From NCBI GenBank assembly GCA_034520945.1, contig JAXHNB010000010.1, positions 1-64,000 on the forward strand: a stretch of DNA of 64,000 bases, written 5' to 3'. Source of the DNA: Trueperaceae bacterium (GTDB lineage Bacteria > Deinococcota > Deinococci > Deinococcales > Trueperaceae). Every line of letters starts with the position of its first letter. The first letter of the stretch is position 1. The notes below the pieces were generated by a model, which did no database searches, was not told where the DNA came from, and was given only the letters and a program-made list of their open reading frames with translations. This document shows, piece by piece, positions 44,096 through 55,168 of the stretch. A program made the translations under genes and the position numbers.

Positions 44096-46297
44096 GTGAA
44101 TATCCCCGAACCGAAACGCTACGCCACCATGCTGGGTGGCCAGGAGCTGGTCATCGAGACCGGCAAGTACGCCACGCAGGTGTCCGGCAGCGTCACCGTC
44201 CGCTACGGCGACAGCATGGTCCTCGTCACCGCCCACATGCGGGACGACCCCTCCCCCATCCCGTTCCTTCCGCTCACCGTCGAGTACGAGGAGAAGCACT
44301 ACGCCATCGGCAAGATCCCCGGCTCGTTCCTGCGCCGCGAAGGGCGCCCGGGCACGCAGGCGACCCTCAACGCCCGCATCACCGACCGGCAGATCCGGCC
44401 GATGTTCCCCAAGCAGCTGCGCAACGAGACGCAGGTGGTGATCACCGTCCTGTCGGCGGACCAGAAGAACGACCCGGGCCCCCTCGGGGCGATCGGCGCG
44501 TCCGCGGCCCTGTCGCTCAGCGACATCCCCTGGGGCGGACCGACCGCCTGTCACCACGTCGCCTACCTAGACGGCCAGTACGTGATGGCGCCGACGTTTC
44601 AGCAGCTGCAGGAGAGCGACCTGGAGCTCACCGTCGCCGCCAGCAAGGACGCCGTGCTGATGGTCGAGGCCGCCGCCAACGAACTGCCCGAGGAGACGAT
44701 GGTCGGCGCGATCGCGTTCGCGCAGGAGCAGCTGAAGCCGGTCGCGGAGCTGATCGAACGCATGCGGCAGGACCTGGGACAGGAGAAGAAGTCGTTCCAG
44801 CCCGCCGTCGATGTGGGGGACGAGGACGTGCAGGCGGTCACCGACGCCGCGGAGCAGGCCGGCCTGGCCGAGGTGCTCCGCACCCCCGGCAAGCACGAGC
44901 GGGGTGAGGCGGTCAAGGCGCTGCGCGACCGGGTGCTGGACGCGATGATTCCAGATCCCGACGCCGAAGGGGCCGCCGCGCGCCGCGAGCAGCTCAAGGC
45001 CGCGTTCGGCTCGGCCGAAGCCACCGTGATGCGCCGCATGGTGCTGAACGACCGCGTGCGCACCGACGGGCGCCGTCCCGACGAGATCCGGCCGATCTGG
45101 ATCGAGACGGGCGTGCTGCCGATGGCGCACGGCTCGGCGGTGTTCACCCGCGGCGAGACGCAGGTGCTCTCGGTCTCGACGCTCGGCACCGGTCGCGACA
45201 ACCGCCTGGTGGACGACCTCGGTCTCGAGGAGAGCGAAGAGTTCATGCTGCACTACAACTTCCCGCCGTTCTCGACCGGCGAGGTCAAGCGGTTGGCCGG
45301 CGTGTCGCGGCGCGAGGTCGGCCACGGCAACCTGGCGCGCCGCGCGGTGGCGGGACAGTTGCCGGACCAGGACGAATTCCCCTACGTGATCCGCGCCGTG
45401 GGCGAGACCCTGGAGTCCAACGGCTCCTCGTCGATGGCGACCGTCTGCGCCACCAGCCTGTCGCTGATGGACGCAGGCGTCCCCCTGAAGTCTCCGGTGG
45501 CGGGCATCGCCATGGGCCTGGTGGCGGACGGCGATCGCTACGCGATCCTCAGCGACATTCTCGGCAGCGAGGACGCGCTGGGCGACATGGACTTCAAGGT
45601 CACCGGCACGGAGCGCGGCGTCACCGCCCTGCAGATGGACATCAAGATCCAGGGCCTCACCTCCGCGCTGATGAACGAAGCGCTGGAACAGGCGCGGCAG
45701 GGCCGCATGCACATCCTGGGCCTCATGAACGACGTCCTTTCCGGTCCGCGCGGAGAGCTGAACCCGCGCGCGCCGCGCATCGTCAGCGTCCAGATCCCCA
45801 GCGACAAGATCGGGGCGGTCATCGGTCCGGGCGGCAAGCAGATCCGCGAACTCGAAGCGCTCGGCGCCAAGATCGAGATCGAAGAGGGCGGCAAGGTCCG
45901 GATCTACACCGACGAGGGCACCATCGCCGACGAGGTGCAACGCCGCATCGAGCAGCTGACCGAATCGCCGGAGATCGGCAAGACCTACACCGGCAAGGTC
46001 GCCAAGGTCGTCGACTTCGGGGCGTTCGTGACGCTCTTCCCCGGCACCGACGGCCTGCTGCACATCAGCCAGATCGCCGAAGGGCGCGTCGAGAACGTCA
46101 CCGACCACCTGTCGGAGGGCGAGACGCTGCAGGTCAAGATCAACGCGATCGACGACCGTGGCAAGATCGACCTGGTCCGACCGGAACTGGAAGGTGTCGT
46201 CGCGCCACGTGCGCCGCGTCGCGGCGGCGGGGGCGGAGGCGCACGCGGCGGTCCCCGTGGCGCGCGCAGCGACGATCGCGGCGGTCGGCCTCGCTGA
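44096..46297 (+). CDS. pnp: Polyribonucleotide nucleotidyltransferase (PNPase)
   Basis: GKIPGSFLRREG, FTRGETQ, RREVGHG, ESNGSSSMA, GDMDFKV, KH (IGPGGK), S1; RBS AGGAG. Confidence 0.98.
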   Translation: MNIPEPKRYATMLGGQELVIETGKYATQVSGSVTVRYGDSMVLVTAHMRDDPSPIPFLPLTVEYEEKHYAIGKIPGSFLRREGRPGTQATLNARITDRQIRPMFPKQLRNETQVVITVLSADQKNDPGPLGAIGASAALSLSDIPWGGPTACHHVAYLDGQYVMAPTFQQLQESDLELTVAASKDAVLMVEAAANELPEETMVGAIAFAQEQLKPVAELIERMRQDLGQEKKSFQPAVDVGDEDVQAVTDAAEQAGLAEVLRTPGKHERGEAVKALRDRVLDAMIPDPDAEGAAARREQLKAAFGSAEATVMRRMVLNDRVRTDGRRPDEIRPIWIETGVLPMAHGSAVFTRGETQVLSVSTLGTGRDNRLVDDLGLEESEEFMLHYNFPPFSTGEVKRLAGVSRREVGHGNLARRAVAGQLPDQDEFPYVIRAVGETLESNGSSSMATVCATSLSLMDAGVPLKSPVAGIAMGLVADGDRYAILSDILGSEDALGDMDFKVTGTERGVTALQMDIKIQGLTSALMNEALEQARQGRMHILGLMNDVLSGPRGELNPRAPRIVSVQIPSDKIGAVIGPGGKQIRELEALGAKIEIEEGGKVRIYTDEGTIADEVQRRIEQLTESPEIGKTYTGKVAKVVDFGAFVTLFPGTDGLLHISQIAEGRVENVTDHLSEGETLQVKINAIDDRGKIDLVRPELEGVVAPRAPRRGGGGGGARGGPRGARSDDRGGRPR

Positions 46298-46504
46298 CCA
46301 CCGACCCAGGAAGGGACGGTCACGCCCGCACGTCATGAGGCACCGTCCCACCCCCTATTGCATACGACGTCGCCCCGCGCCCCGGCCCGACCGAGGGCGC
46401 CGGCCGACGTGGACATCCACCCCGGGCCTCATGCCCGTCCCCCGTCCGAGCCCCGCGGCGATCCCGCCTGGGCGACCGGCCGGCTAGATTCGAGGACACG
46501 ACCC

Positions 46505-48166
<1,662 letters not shown>

Positions 48167-48206
48167 GGGCACGTCACGGCCGGAGGCTTCGGCGGAGCCC
48201 TCCTGC

Positions 48207-48887
48207 TCAGGGCTCCGCCGGGCCGGCCTCCACGTCCACGCCGGCCCACGACGCCACCTCCGACAGGGCCGCGAGGGTTCCCTCGCGGCCCTCTTCGATC
48301 AGGTCCCCCTCGTGCAGCAACGCATCGCTGGGCCGACGCTGGCAATCCCACCCGCGCGCGAACACCGGCCGGCCGTCCCGCCACAACGCCATGGCCCCCG
48401 GTATCGGCACCGCGTACAGCGCGTCCACCTCGCGGGGATTCAACAGGTACGCCTGGAGCGGCTGCGCGCACCGCATCACGAACACCTCGTGGAACTCGCG
48501 GTCGACGGCGCGTTGGTACACGCGCTCCTCGCGAAACGTCCCCAACGCGTCGATGTCGCGCACCTCCACCCGCAGGCCGAGCTCCTCCTCCACCTCGCGC
48601 AGGGCGTTGGGCCAGTACTCGCCCGCCCGCAGGTGCCCGCCGACCGTGACGTCGAGCTTGCCCCCGGCCAGGTCCTTGTGCGGCGAGCGGCGCTGGAGCA
48701 GTACGTGGTCGTCCCCGTCGACGATCCACAGGTGGAACGCCCGGTGCCAGTCGCCGTCACGGTGCACCGCCGCGCGGGGCTTCGTGTGCCCCGTCGGTCG
48801 CCCCGCCTCGTCCAGAACGTCGAGGAGCTCGTCGGCGTCGTCTTGGGGGCCGGGCGTCCCCCCGGAAGGTCGGGCGTCCTCGGTCAT
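48207..48887 (-). CDS. NUDIX hydrolase (IPP isomerase-like subfamily)
   Basis: HRDGDWHRAFH, LLQRRS, GGHLRAGE...LREVEEELG; TACGCT 6 nt before ATG. Confidence 0.88.
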   Translation of the reverse strand: MTEDARPSGGTPGPQDDADELLDVLDEAGRPTGHTKPRAAVHRDGDWHRAFHLWIVDGDDHVLLQRRSPHKDLAGGKLDVTVGGHLRAGEYWPNALREVEEELGLRVEVRDIDALGTFREERVYQRAVDREFHEVFVMRCAQPLQAYLLNPREVDALYAVPIPGAMALWRDGRPVFARGWDCQRRPSDALLHEGDLIEEGREGTLAALSEVASWAGVDVEAGPAEP

Positions 48888-48945
48888 GCCGCAAGCGTAC
48901 CCGGCCGGACGGCCCTCGAGGCGCGTGGCGCTGCTGCCGCGCGCC

Positions 48946-48975
48946 TTGACCGCCGCCACGCGGCGCGAGTATGCT
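48946..48975 (+). promoter_or_regulatory. sigma70-type promoter for tRNA-Pro
   Basis: TTGACC-18 nt-TATGCT. Confidence 0.6.
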
Positions 48976-48987
48976 TCCCTAGCGCGA

Positions 48988-49064
48988 CGGGGTGTAGCGC
49001 AGCCTGGTAGCGCACTTGACTGGGGGTCAAGTGGTCGCTGGTTCAAATCCAGTCACCCCGACCA
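48988..49064 (+). tRNA. tRNA-Pro (anticodon GGG)
   Basis: CGGGGTG/CACCCCG acceptor stem, D loop, CTTGA-CTGGGGG-TCAAG anticodon arm, GGTTCAAATCC T arm, encoded CCA; 77 nt. Confidence 0.98.
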
Positions 49065-49092
49065 GAAGAAAGCCGTCACAGACGGCGAAAGC

Positions 49093-49128
49093 GAAGAACC
49101 GCCCTCGCAGCAGCGGGGGCGGTTCTTC
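49093..49128 (+). terminator. Terminator after tRNA-Pro
   Basis: GAAGAACCGCCCTCGC-agca-GCGGGGGCGGTTCTTC. Confidence 0.8.
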
Positions 49129-49370
49129 CATTGTGTAGTGTCGGAGCGTCGGCGACCTTCAATTCACGGTCGTTGCCGACCGCTGCTGACCCCGCCCGGG
49201 AGAAATGCATCGCTGAGGCATGGCCTCGCCGCTAGCACACGTGATCGGCCATCGTCAGGCAATGCACCAGGCGAGGTGTTGCTTGTGGGACGCGTTCGGG
49301 GACTCCAGGTCGTGCGGCCTCTTGTACATTGCGCGCGCTCTACGTATAGTCCAAGAAACGGGGCCCCGGC

Positions 49371-49862
49371 TTAGTCCGGGGGCTTCGGCATTCTTGGATC
49401 CTCGAGCGCTTGTTCTGTGAGCACATGAACGCCGGTGTCGTCTGCGTCGAAGGCAATCTTGAACCGGTGCTGAAACTCCTCTACGGAGATCAGGTTGCGC
49501 TCAGTGAATGCCGGGTCGTACGTGGCAACGTGTGATCGCGCCAAGGCATAGTGCAGAGTCAGTGAGGTCCCTTGAGGATTCGAGTAACGACGTCGCACGA
49601 TGTGGGCAATATTGGCCGACGTCATGCTTTGGCCGTTTCGGGCGCCCACAATGCGCGCAAGCGGTTTGTCTGGAGCAATATGGCCGGCCTCGACCATCTT
49701 CCTACGGAACATGCAATAGCCGATAAGATCGGCAGCTTGCACGATGGGCAGCTCGTCTGCGTCGTCGATGCGCTGGACTTCGGCAATGTAGTCCAAGTCG
49801 GCGATGCGTTTCATTGTTTCGACGGTCCTCAGCGGGGAAATGTAAAGACTCTGGCCGAACAA
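49371..49862 (-). pseudogene. Low-GC ORF resembling the C-terminal half of a DUF3800-family protein (probably 5'-truncated)
   Basis: PIVQAADLIGY matches the DUF3800 Q-x-A-D motif; no N-terminal D-E-S/T motif; in-frame stop at 49941-49943; start could be ATG 49814. Confidence 0.45.
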
Positions 49863-49909
49863 GGTCCACAGACGATAGGAGAACCCGGAAGGAAGGGAGA
49901 AACACGAGC

Positions 49910-50212
49910 GTGGTCGTGGCAGCAGAAACGCGAGATCGGTTCAAGCGGGCGCTAGAAGTAGCACAGCGAATTCGTGATGAGCGCGAAACACCCATCGCTA
50001 GCTACCGAGCGCCAGAACCGGAAGAGATCCGGCGGAGACTGGACCTGAGCCAAAGCGAGTTTGCGGACTTGCTGGGCGTAAGCTTACGCACTCTTCAGAA
50101 CTGGGAACAGGGTCACCGTCGGCCCACTGGCGCTGCCGCAATGTTGCTTCGCGTGGCCAATAGGCATCCAGATGCTCTTCTCGAAACGCATAGCGCTTTG
50201 CCGATCTTCTAA
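49910..50212 (+). CDS. XRE-family HTH protein, HigA/YiaG-like antitoxin type
   Basis: IRRRLDLSQSEFADLLGVSLRTLQNWEQGHRRPTGAAAMLL...P; RBS-like AAGGGAG. Confidence 0.85.
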   Translation: MVVAAETRDRFKRALEVAQRIRDERETPIASYRAPEPEEIRRRLDLSQSEFADLLGVSLRTLQNWEQGHRRPTGAAAMLLRVANRHPDALLETHSALPIF

Positions 50213-50447
50213 CCCCAAGCCGCTAGTACGATTCGCGTGCGGTCCGTAATGGCCTGCACGCGCTCTGCGAATGCGCGCGCGCCCTGCCCCTCGCTTGGGC
50301 CGTCCAGTGTTGGGGCGGTCGTCGCTGGCTTGGACGCGACACCAGCCGAGGAACGTAGCGCCTATCGTGTCGCCCAGTCCATATCGGGGCCGGCAGCGCG
50401 CGTCCCTCGGCGCGGCACCGGTGCGCGGGCGGAAAGCGGAGGACATC

Positions 50448-50963
50448 ATGAGGTACGCCGTTTCGAATCGAACGCCACGCAACGCCGCGACACGCGCGAG
50501 GTGGCTCGCGTTCGCGGTCGCGACGCTCGCTCTGGCCCTCCTGGCTTCCACCGTCCACGCGCAAGACGGCGAGGCCGTACGCACGGTGGAGAGCACGCAC
50601 GACTTCGACGCCACGACGTCGCGCCTGGAAACGGCGATCGAGGAACAGGGATTGACGCTCGTCACCACGATCGATCACGCCGCGAATGCCGCGAACGCCG
50701 ACTTGGCGTTGGCCCCCACCACGCTGTTCGTGTTCGGCAACCCGCAGGTGGGAACGCCGCTGATGCAGTCGGCCCGCACCATCGCCCTCGACCTGCCGCA
50801 GAAGATGTTGGTCTGGGAGGACGCGGCCGGCGACGTGTTCGTGAGCTATCGCGACCCGGTCGCCCTGGCCGCGGATCACGGCTTGGCGTCGGACGCAGGT
50901 GCGCTCCCGAACGTGGCAAACCTGCTGGGTCGGCTCGCGCGAAGTGCTGCCGGGATCGAATAG
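50448..50963 (+). CDS. Secreted DUF302 domain protein
   Basis: Signal peptide; IDHAANA, FGNPQVGTPLMQ, ALDLPQKMLVWED; RBS GGAGG. Confidence 0.88.
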   Translation: MRYAVSNRTPRNAATRARWLAFAVATLALALLASTVHAQDGEAVRTVESTHDFDATTSRLETAIEEQGLTLVTTIDHAANAANADLALAPTTLFVFGNPQVGTPLMQSARTIALDLPQKMLVWEDAAGDVFVSYRDPVALAADHGLASDAGALPNVANLLGRLARSAAGIE

Positions 50964-51126
50964 GCTGACGGTCTGGACTACGTGAAGCTCGTTCGTCCAT
51001 CGAGGACGGGGTCGGGATGGTTCGGGGCGAACACGTCCCGATCGCGTACGATCGCGCCCTAAGCGCCCTTTGCGGCGTAGTGTAGGCTTCGCGGCGCCCG
51101 GTTCGAGGCGAAGGCCACGGCGGTCG

Positions 51127-52257
51127 TCAGGGAAACAGGTCGCGCACCACTGCCGTCATGCCGGGACGCAAGGCCCCGCCGTCGGTGCCCGTGACGCCCT
51201 CGACATCGTCGATGCGCACGGCGGCGACGTACGTCACGTCGCCGCGGACCAGCGTCGGTTGGAAGCCGATGCGCTCCACCGTGCCCATGAACGAGCGGTC
51301 TGGCAGGGCGTCGACCTCGACCTCCACGCGGTCGCCGACGCCGATGCCCACCACCTGCAGTTCGGTCAGGTTGGTGGTCTCGACGCGCCAACCGCTCAGG
51401 TCGGCGACCGTGACGGCACCGTCGCCGTCGGATCCTGATCCGCCGGCGGCGACGGTCTCCCCCACCTCCGGACGTAGGGCCAGCACGCGGCCGTCGAAGG
51501 GGGCGCGCAATGTCCGCTGCTCGACCGCCAACGCTGCAGATGCGCGAGCTGCTTCCGCCTGTACCTTCTGGGCCTCGGCCTGCGCGACCCGTGCCTGGGC
51601 TTCCTCGACCGCTGCCCGTGCCTCGGCCACGCCGGCTTGCGCCTCGCCGACCGTCGCCTCGGCTTGCCGCTGCTGTGCCTCTGCCTGGGTGATGGTGGCC
51701 TCCGCCTGAGTGGCGGTCAGCCGCAGCGCAGCGTCGGCGGCGTCGCGTCCCGCTTCCGCCGCGCGCACGGTCGCCTCGGCCGCCGTGACCCGCCTCCGCG
51801 CGATCGCCTCGGACGAGCGCGCGACCCCCACTTGGGCGTCGGCGGCCGCCAGCGCGGCGTCGGCCTCACGCAGGCGCGCTCGTTCGGCCGCGTCGTCGAG
51901 GCGCAGCAACGCATCACCTGCAACGACGTCGTCGCCCTCGTCTACCAGCCGCTCTGCCAGCACGCCGGAAACGGCGAACGACACCTGCGAGCTGCGGAGC
52001 GGACGGACCTCGGCCTCGGCGGAATCCGGCAGGCCGGCGAGGTTCGCAGGCAGCGAGGTTTCGCTGTTCTCGCTCGCCCCTGAATCGTTCGCCGTCGACG
52101 TTCCGGCCGCGGTATCGGCGGGTCCGGACGCCGAGCGTGCCGTTTCTGCGTCAGCGGGCCCCGTCGGCGACCCGGGCGGTCCCGCGAACCACCAGAACGC
52201 GGCCGCGCTCAGCGCGGCGCCGATCAGGACGAACGACAACGGTCGGATCAGGCGCAT
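51127..52257 (-). CDS. HlyD/DevB-family periplasmic adaptor
   Basis: N-terminal TM; lipoyl halves (SG..VDEGD.V..GD.L and LRAPFDG); Ala-rich hairpin; LRPGMTA. Confidence 0.88.
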   Translation of the reverse strand: MRLIRPLSFVLIGAALSAAAFWWFAGPPGSPTGPADAETARSASGPADTAAGTSTANDSGASENSETSLPANLAGLPDSAEAEVRPLRSSQVSFAVSGVLAERLVDEGDDVVAGDALLRLDDAAERARLREADAALAAADAQVGVARSSEAIARRRVTAAEATVRAAEAGRDAADAALRLTATQAEATITQAEAQQRQAEATVGEAQAGVAEARAAVEEAQARVAQAEAQKVQAEAARASAALAVEQRTLRAPFDGRVLALRPEVGETVAAGGSGSDGDGAVTVADLSGWRVETTNLTELQVVGIGVGDRVEVEVDALPDRSFMGTVERIGFQPTLVRGDVTYVAAVRIDDVEGVTGTDGGALRPGMTAVVRDLFP

Positions 52258-52330
52258 GGGGCCTCCAGGGCGAGGGCTGAGAATCGATCATGACGGACGT
52301 GCCGCACGGCGGGTGCCGGCCGAACGACGC

Positions 52331-53113
52331 TCACGGCCCACCTTCCGCGAAGGCGCGGACCTCGCCGGGATCGTCGATGATTCGTTCCAGCACGCCATCG
52401 CGCATCAGGATCACGCGGTCGACGACGCGGCACATACGCAGGTCGTGGGTCACCATGATCCCGGCGCGGCCCTCGTCGTGAACCAGGTTGGCGAAGGTCT
52501 CGACCACCTGGTAGGCGCGCTCGGTGTCCAGGCTGGCGGTGGGCTCGTCGGCCAGCACCACCGCCGGCCGGTGGATGAGGGCGCGGGCGATCGACACGCG
52601 CTGCTGTTGTCCGCCCGAGAGCTGCGCGGGAAGGCTGTTCAGCCGGTCGCCCAATCCCAGCTGCGTGAGCAGGTCTACCGCCCAGGCGCGGCCAGCAGGC
52701 GCAAACCGACCGTTGAGCCACAGCATCAGCATCACGTTCTCGAGGACGGCCAGGTAGGGAAGCAGGTTGTTGGCCTGGAAGGTGAAGCCGATGTTGGTTC
52801 GACGGAAGCGGGTCAGCTGCCGGTCGCTCAGTTCGGCGAGGTCGCGGTCGGCGATGCGAACCCGGCCGGCGCTGGGTCGGAGCAGGCCCGCCAGCATCGC
52901 CACGAGCGAGGTCTTGCCGGACCCGGAGGGACCCACCAGGGCCACGAACTCGCCCGCGTGCACTTCGAACGATACGTCGCCCACGGCATGAACGGTCTGC
53001 TGTCCCAGCGCGTAGCTCTTGCTCAGGCCTTCGGCGGTCAGTATGGGACGTCGCGCCTGGAGCCGAGGCGTCTCCCGGCCAAGAGCGGTCGTGGAATCAG
53101 CGGGTGGGTTCAC
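52331..53113 (-). CDS. ABC exporter ATP-binding protein (LolD/DevA-like)
   Basis: [31 protein letters not shown] overlap with the permease. Confidence 0.93.
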   Translation of the reverse strand: MNPPADSTTALGRETPRLQARRPILTAEGLSKSYALGQQTVHAVGDVSFEVHAGEFVALVGPSGSGKTSLVAMLAGLLRPSAGRVRIADRDLAELSDRQLTRFRRTNIGFTFQANNLLPYLAVLENVMLMLWLNGRFAPAGRAWAVDLLTQLGLGDRLNSLPAQLSGGQQQRVSIARALIHRPAVVLADEPTASLDTERAYQVVETFANLVHDEGRAGIMVTHDLRMCRVVDRVILMRDGVLERIIDDPGEVRAFAEGGP

Positions 53114-54306
53114 GTGCCGAGCCCCAAGGCCGTGAGAGGTTCCACGCGCAGGGCCGCGCGCAGCGCGACCAGGCCGCCCACGGGTCCGATCACCAACAGG
53201 CCACCGACCGCCAGTCCAACGTTGCCGGGTTGAAACACGATCGGCACGGTCGCCGGGAACGACGCCGCCAGCAGGGCGGTGCCGAGCGCGCCGAACGCCA
53301 CGCCGATCAGGTTGGTGAACACGATCTGCAGTACGGTGGCGACGGCGACCAGCGCGTTGGACGCCCCGATCGCCTTGAGCATGCCGATCTGGCCGAGCTT
53401 CTGGAGCGTCTGGATCTGGAAGAATCCGCCGACCACCAGAACCCCGATCACCAGCGTGAAGCCGGTCTGGGTTTCGACGGTGCTCTTCTGCGCCGAGTAG
53501 CCAGGGATGTTCTCGTAGGCCGTGCGGCGGTCCACGGCGCTCACCGATCGCACTTCGTCTTCGATGCGGGCCGCCAACGCCGCCGGGGACGTGCCGTTCT
53601 CGGCGCGAACCGCGACGAGGTTGAACACCAGGGTGCGTGGGTCCACCTCCGCGTCGGCCTTGGGCTTGACGCGATCGAAGGTGATCAACGGGACCACCAG
53701 CGACGGCAGGATCTGGTACTGCTGACCCTCGGCGATCCCCACCACGCGCAGTTCGTAGCGCTCGTCGACGGCTCCCTGGGTCGAGCGGACGGTGACCGTG
53801 TCGCCGACCCCGGCCTCGAGGCGGATCGCGGCTTGGCGCCCCAGCACCACTTCGTTCGCCCGGGACGACGAGAAGCCGGGGCCCTCGCGGCTGCGCGGCG
53901 CTCCGGGCCGGCCGGGCTCGACGCCGAGCAGCGAAACGCGCGTGCCGGCCGCGCCCTCGCTCGCCGCGCCGCTGGCGCCCGCACGGAGGACGCTGTCCAC
54001 CACCGTCGACGCGAAGGCGATCGCCCCGACCGCTTCGACCCCGTCGACCCGCCGGATCGACGCGATGGCCCCACGGTCGAACTGGCTGGCGGCGATCTGC
54101 AGGTCCGCGGTTCGCTGAAACACCAGCAACTCGGCGTCGATGCCGTCCACGAACTGGCGGTTGCCGAGCGCAAGGCCCTCGCCGAGGCCGGACAGGAACA
54201 GGATCAATACCGTGATGAGCGCGATGATGGCGCTGATCGACGCGAAGCGCCCGACGTTTCGGACCATCTCCTTCACGGCCAGCCAGCCGGCCAGCACCGC
54301 GGTCAC
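53110..54306 (-). CDS. ABC exporter permease (FtsX/MacB-like; DevC/HrtB type)
   Basis: One TM, large periplasmic domain, three TMs; IGMLKAIGAS; VEPLTAL. Confidence 0.9.
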   Translation of the reverse strand: MTAVLAGWLAVKEMVRNVGRFASISAIIALITVLILFLSGLGEGLALGNRQFVDGIDAELLVFQRTADLQIAASQFDRGAIASIRRVDGVEAVGAIAFASTVVDSVLRAGASGAASEGAAGTRVSLLGVEPGRPGAPRSREGPGFSSSRANEVVLGRQAAIRLEAGVGDTVTVRSTQGAVDERYELRVVGIAEGQQYQILPSLVVPLITFDRVKPKADAEVDPRTLVFNLVAVRAENGTSPAALAARIEDEVRSVSAVDRRTAYENIPGYSAQKSTVETQTGFTLVIGVLVVGGFFQIQTLQKLGQIGMLKAIGASNALVAVATVLQIVFTNLIGVAFGALGTALLAASFPATVPIVFQPGNVGLAVGGLLVIGPVGGLVALRAALRVEPLTALGLGT

Positions 54307-54857
54307 CAGCGATCCTCATCGTTGCGCATCCGGACAGTCTAGGGGTTCGCCGCGCACGGCACGGTATGCAGAAGTACGCACCGTGCGTGATTCGATCGGC
54401 GCCTCCCTCACCCCGGCGCGCCCCCGGTCCGAGCCCCTCGTGGGCGTCTGCCCCTGCGGAACGGCGCACGGATACGCTCCCGACCGGGCCACGGGCGGCG
54501 TGCACCCAGGCGCCTCCGGCCCGCGCCGCTTCGTCGTCGGCGCATGCGGGTCGGGGACGCCCGGAACGTGCGACCGGTCGCTAGCCTCGCCCCATGGTCT
54601 TCGTACGCGTCAAGCGAACGAGGCGCGATTCGGCGGCGTGCGCCCACCACACGCGGTCCCCGCCTGGGGGCCCACGCGGCCGGCGCGCCGGCGAAATCCT
54701 TCCGCCAGGTACGGCGACGCGCGTACTGCTGTGCGGGGTCGCGTTGTCGCTGTCCCTGTCGGCATGTACACTCGTGTCGAGCGAACCGCGCGTGCCCAGC
54801 GAACCCGTGCAGGCACCCCCGGTCTCGGGCCCTGACATGACGACAGGAGGCCACGCC

Positions 54858-55166
54858 ATGAGCCAAGACGGTCCGTCCGCAGCCGGCATGTCCTACGTGG
54901 TGGACCGCATCGTCGACGGCGCCTGGGCGGTCCTCGAGGACGCGGACGGTGGCACGACCGACCTTCCCGTCGCCTGGCTGCCCGCCGGCGTACAGGAGGG
55001 CGACGTGGTGCGGGTGGACGTCACGACGGCCGCGGGGCTGCCCGACGATGCCGGACGGTCGGTCACCTTCCGACTGGACCGCGACGCGACCGAACGGCGG
55101 CGCGCGGACGCCGCAGCGATGCGTGACCGTCTGCGCCAGGCCCCGGAAGGCGACCTCGACCTCTGA
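54858..55166 (+). CDS. DUF3006 domain protein
   Basis: YVVDRIVDGAWAVLE...LPAGVQEGDVV...D.DATERRR; RBS AGGAGG. Confidence 0.8.
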   Translation: MSQDGPSAAGMSYVVDRIVDGAWAVLEDADGGTTDLPVAWLPAGVQEGDVVRVDVTTAAGLPDDAGRSVTFRLDRDATERRRADAAAMRDRLRQAPEGDLDL

Positions 55167-55168
55167 CG

